From contig JAGBTH010000068.1 of assembly GCA_017631385.1 (NCBI GenBank), positions 1 to 51,022 on the forward strand: a DNA stretch of 51,022 nucleotides, written 5' to 3'. The notes below the pieces were generated by a model, which worked only from the letters and a program-made list of their open reading frames with translations, ran no database searches and was not told where the DNA came from. This stretch comes from Kiritimatiellia bacterium (GTDB lineage: Bacteria > Verrucomicrobiota > Kiritimatiellia > RFP12 > UBA1067). The translations under genes were made by a program, and so were the position numbers. Position 1 is the stretch's first letter; each line of letters starts with the position of its first letter. Positions 50,181 to 51,022 of the stretch are shown here, piece by piece.

Positions 50181-51022
50181 TTCGCAACCCCTTTCCTCTC
50201 AAATCTTACGTTGCATCGCGCGTCGTCGGAAATAGAAAATTCCACTATCTCAAACTTTTCAAAGGAGACGTTTAATCCGTCTTTTTTCGCTTGCTTCTTT
50301 ACAAGCTCTTCAAAATTATCCCGAATGTATTTATTAGCACTCTTAAATGAGCCGCTTAAAATTTCAACGATCAATACACCCGTTTCAGCTTTTTCATCGT
50401 ATTCAAGCGCGACGACTCTCACGCGCACAGGCTCGACTATCAGACGAAACACCTCATTCGTAACAACAGCTCCGACAAGCGGCGTAACCGGCTCCATCGC
50501 AGGGACAGATGGCACCTCTTCTACCACAGATGTTGGTATCGTTATTCTTTTTCTTTCCGTCTTTTTACTTTCTACGGTCTTTTCGCTTGAAGAACTTATT
50601 TGCCGCGCCCTCCGACCTTTCTGCATCCGCCGACGCACACGCGAATAGGAGAATCCTGTTTCTTCCGCCAATGACACATCCCGGTCGATACTGACACCTT
50701 CTTTCACGGCGCCCTTAATGACCGTAAAAGCATTGGGGACAGCCATCGTCACGCGTTGGCGACGACTTCCCGTCACAATACCGTTACCGACCTGCGCCGC
50801 GAAATCCGCCGCGCGGAATTCTTTCCTGTGGTCTGATGCATTGAGTATTCTTGCCGAAAAAGCAAGTCCGCCCTCGCAAACGACATCAGAGAACAAATCT
50901 TCCTCCATCGCACCGTAACGCCAAGTGTTGGAGCTTCTTATTGTTGATTCACTTCCCATTTCTGTAAGCGTTTCTATATGAGAACTGACGAGTCTTATAG
51001 CATTTGTACCTCTCAACTCCGA
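50177..51022 (-). CDS. Hypothetical protein (5'-partial) ending in the array's shared C-terminal domain
   Basis: Frame is open to the window edge; C-terminus VVALEYDEKAETGVLIVEILSGSFKSANKYIRDNFEELV...VRFE resembles the array C-termini. Confidence 0.75.
   Translation of the reverse strand, partial: SELRGTNAIRLVSSHIETLTEMGSESTIRSSNTWRYGAMEEDLFSDVVCEGGLAFSARILNASDHRKEFRAADFAAQVGNGIVTGSRRQRVTMAVPNAFTVIKGAVKEGVSIDRDVSLAEETGFSYSRVRRRMQKGRRARQISSSSEKTVESKKTERKRITIPTSVVEEVPSVPAMEPVTPLVGAVVTNEVFRLIVEPVRVRVVALEYDEKAETGVLIVEILSGSFKSANKYIRDNFEELVKKQAKKDGLNVSFEKFEIVEFSISDDARCNVRFERKGVAK

Overview
Bacterial chromosomal window with almost all genes on the - strand. Protein style and gene content suggest a PVC-superphylum organism, possibly Kiritimatiellae or Verrucomicrobia-like (inference only). 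Bases 1-40.5 kb are core genes: pnp (partial), rpsO, dapL, ispG-rseP-dxr, mraY, truA, dprA, lptE/bamD, yebC, infA, pyrF, apbC, aroQ, lpxD-skp-bamA, recN, recD2, a GH78 rhamnosidase, tsaB, prfB, secDF and three tRNA genes. Bases 40.7-51 kb are an accessory locus: six paralogous ~400-aa lipoproteins arranged as a tandemly duplicated three-gene unit, plus an LpoB/CsgG-like lipoprotein, a secreted protein with a possible toxin-like motif, and a seventh (partial) protein with the same C-terminal domain. The main oddities are this lipoprotein array with a visible duplication scar, a tRNA with a Gly body but a CCU (AGG/Arg) anticodon although AGG still encodes conserved Arg here, an in-frame heptamer/palindromic repeat inside dxr, a catalytically eroded AroB homolog, probable leaderless mRNAs, and a prfB without its frameshift.
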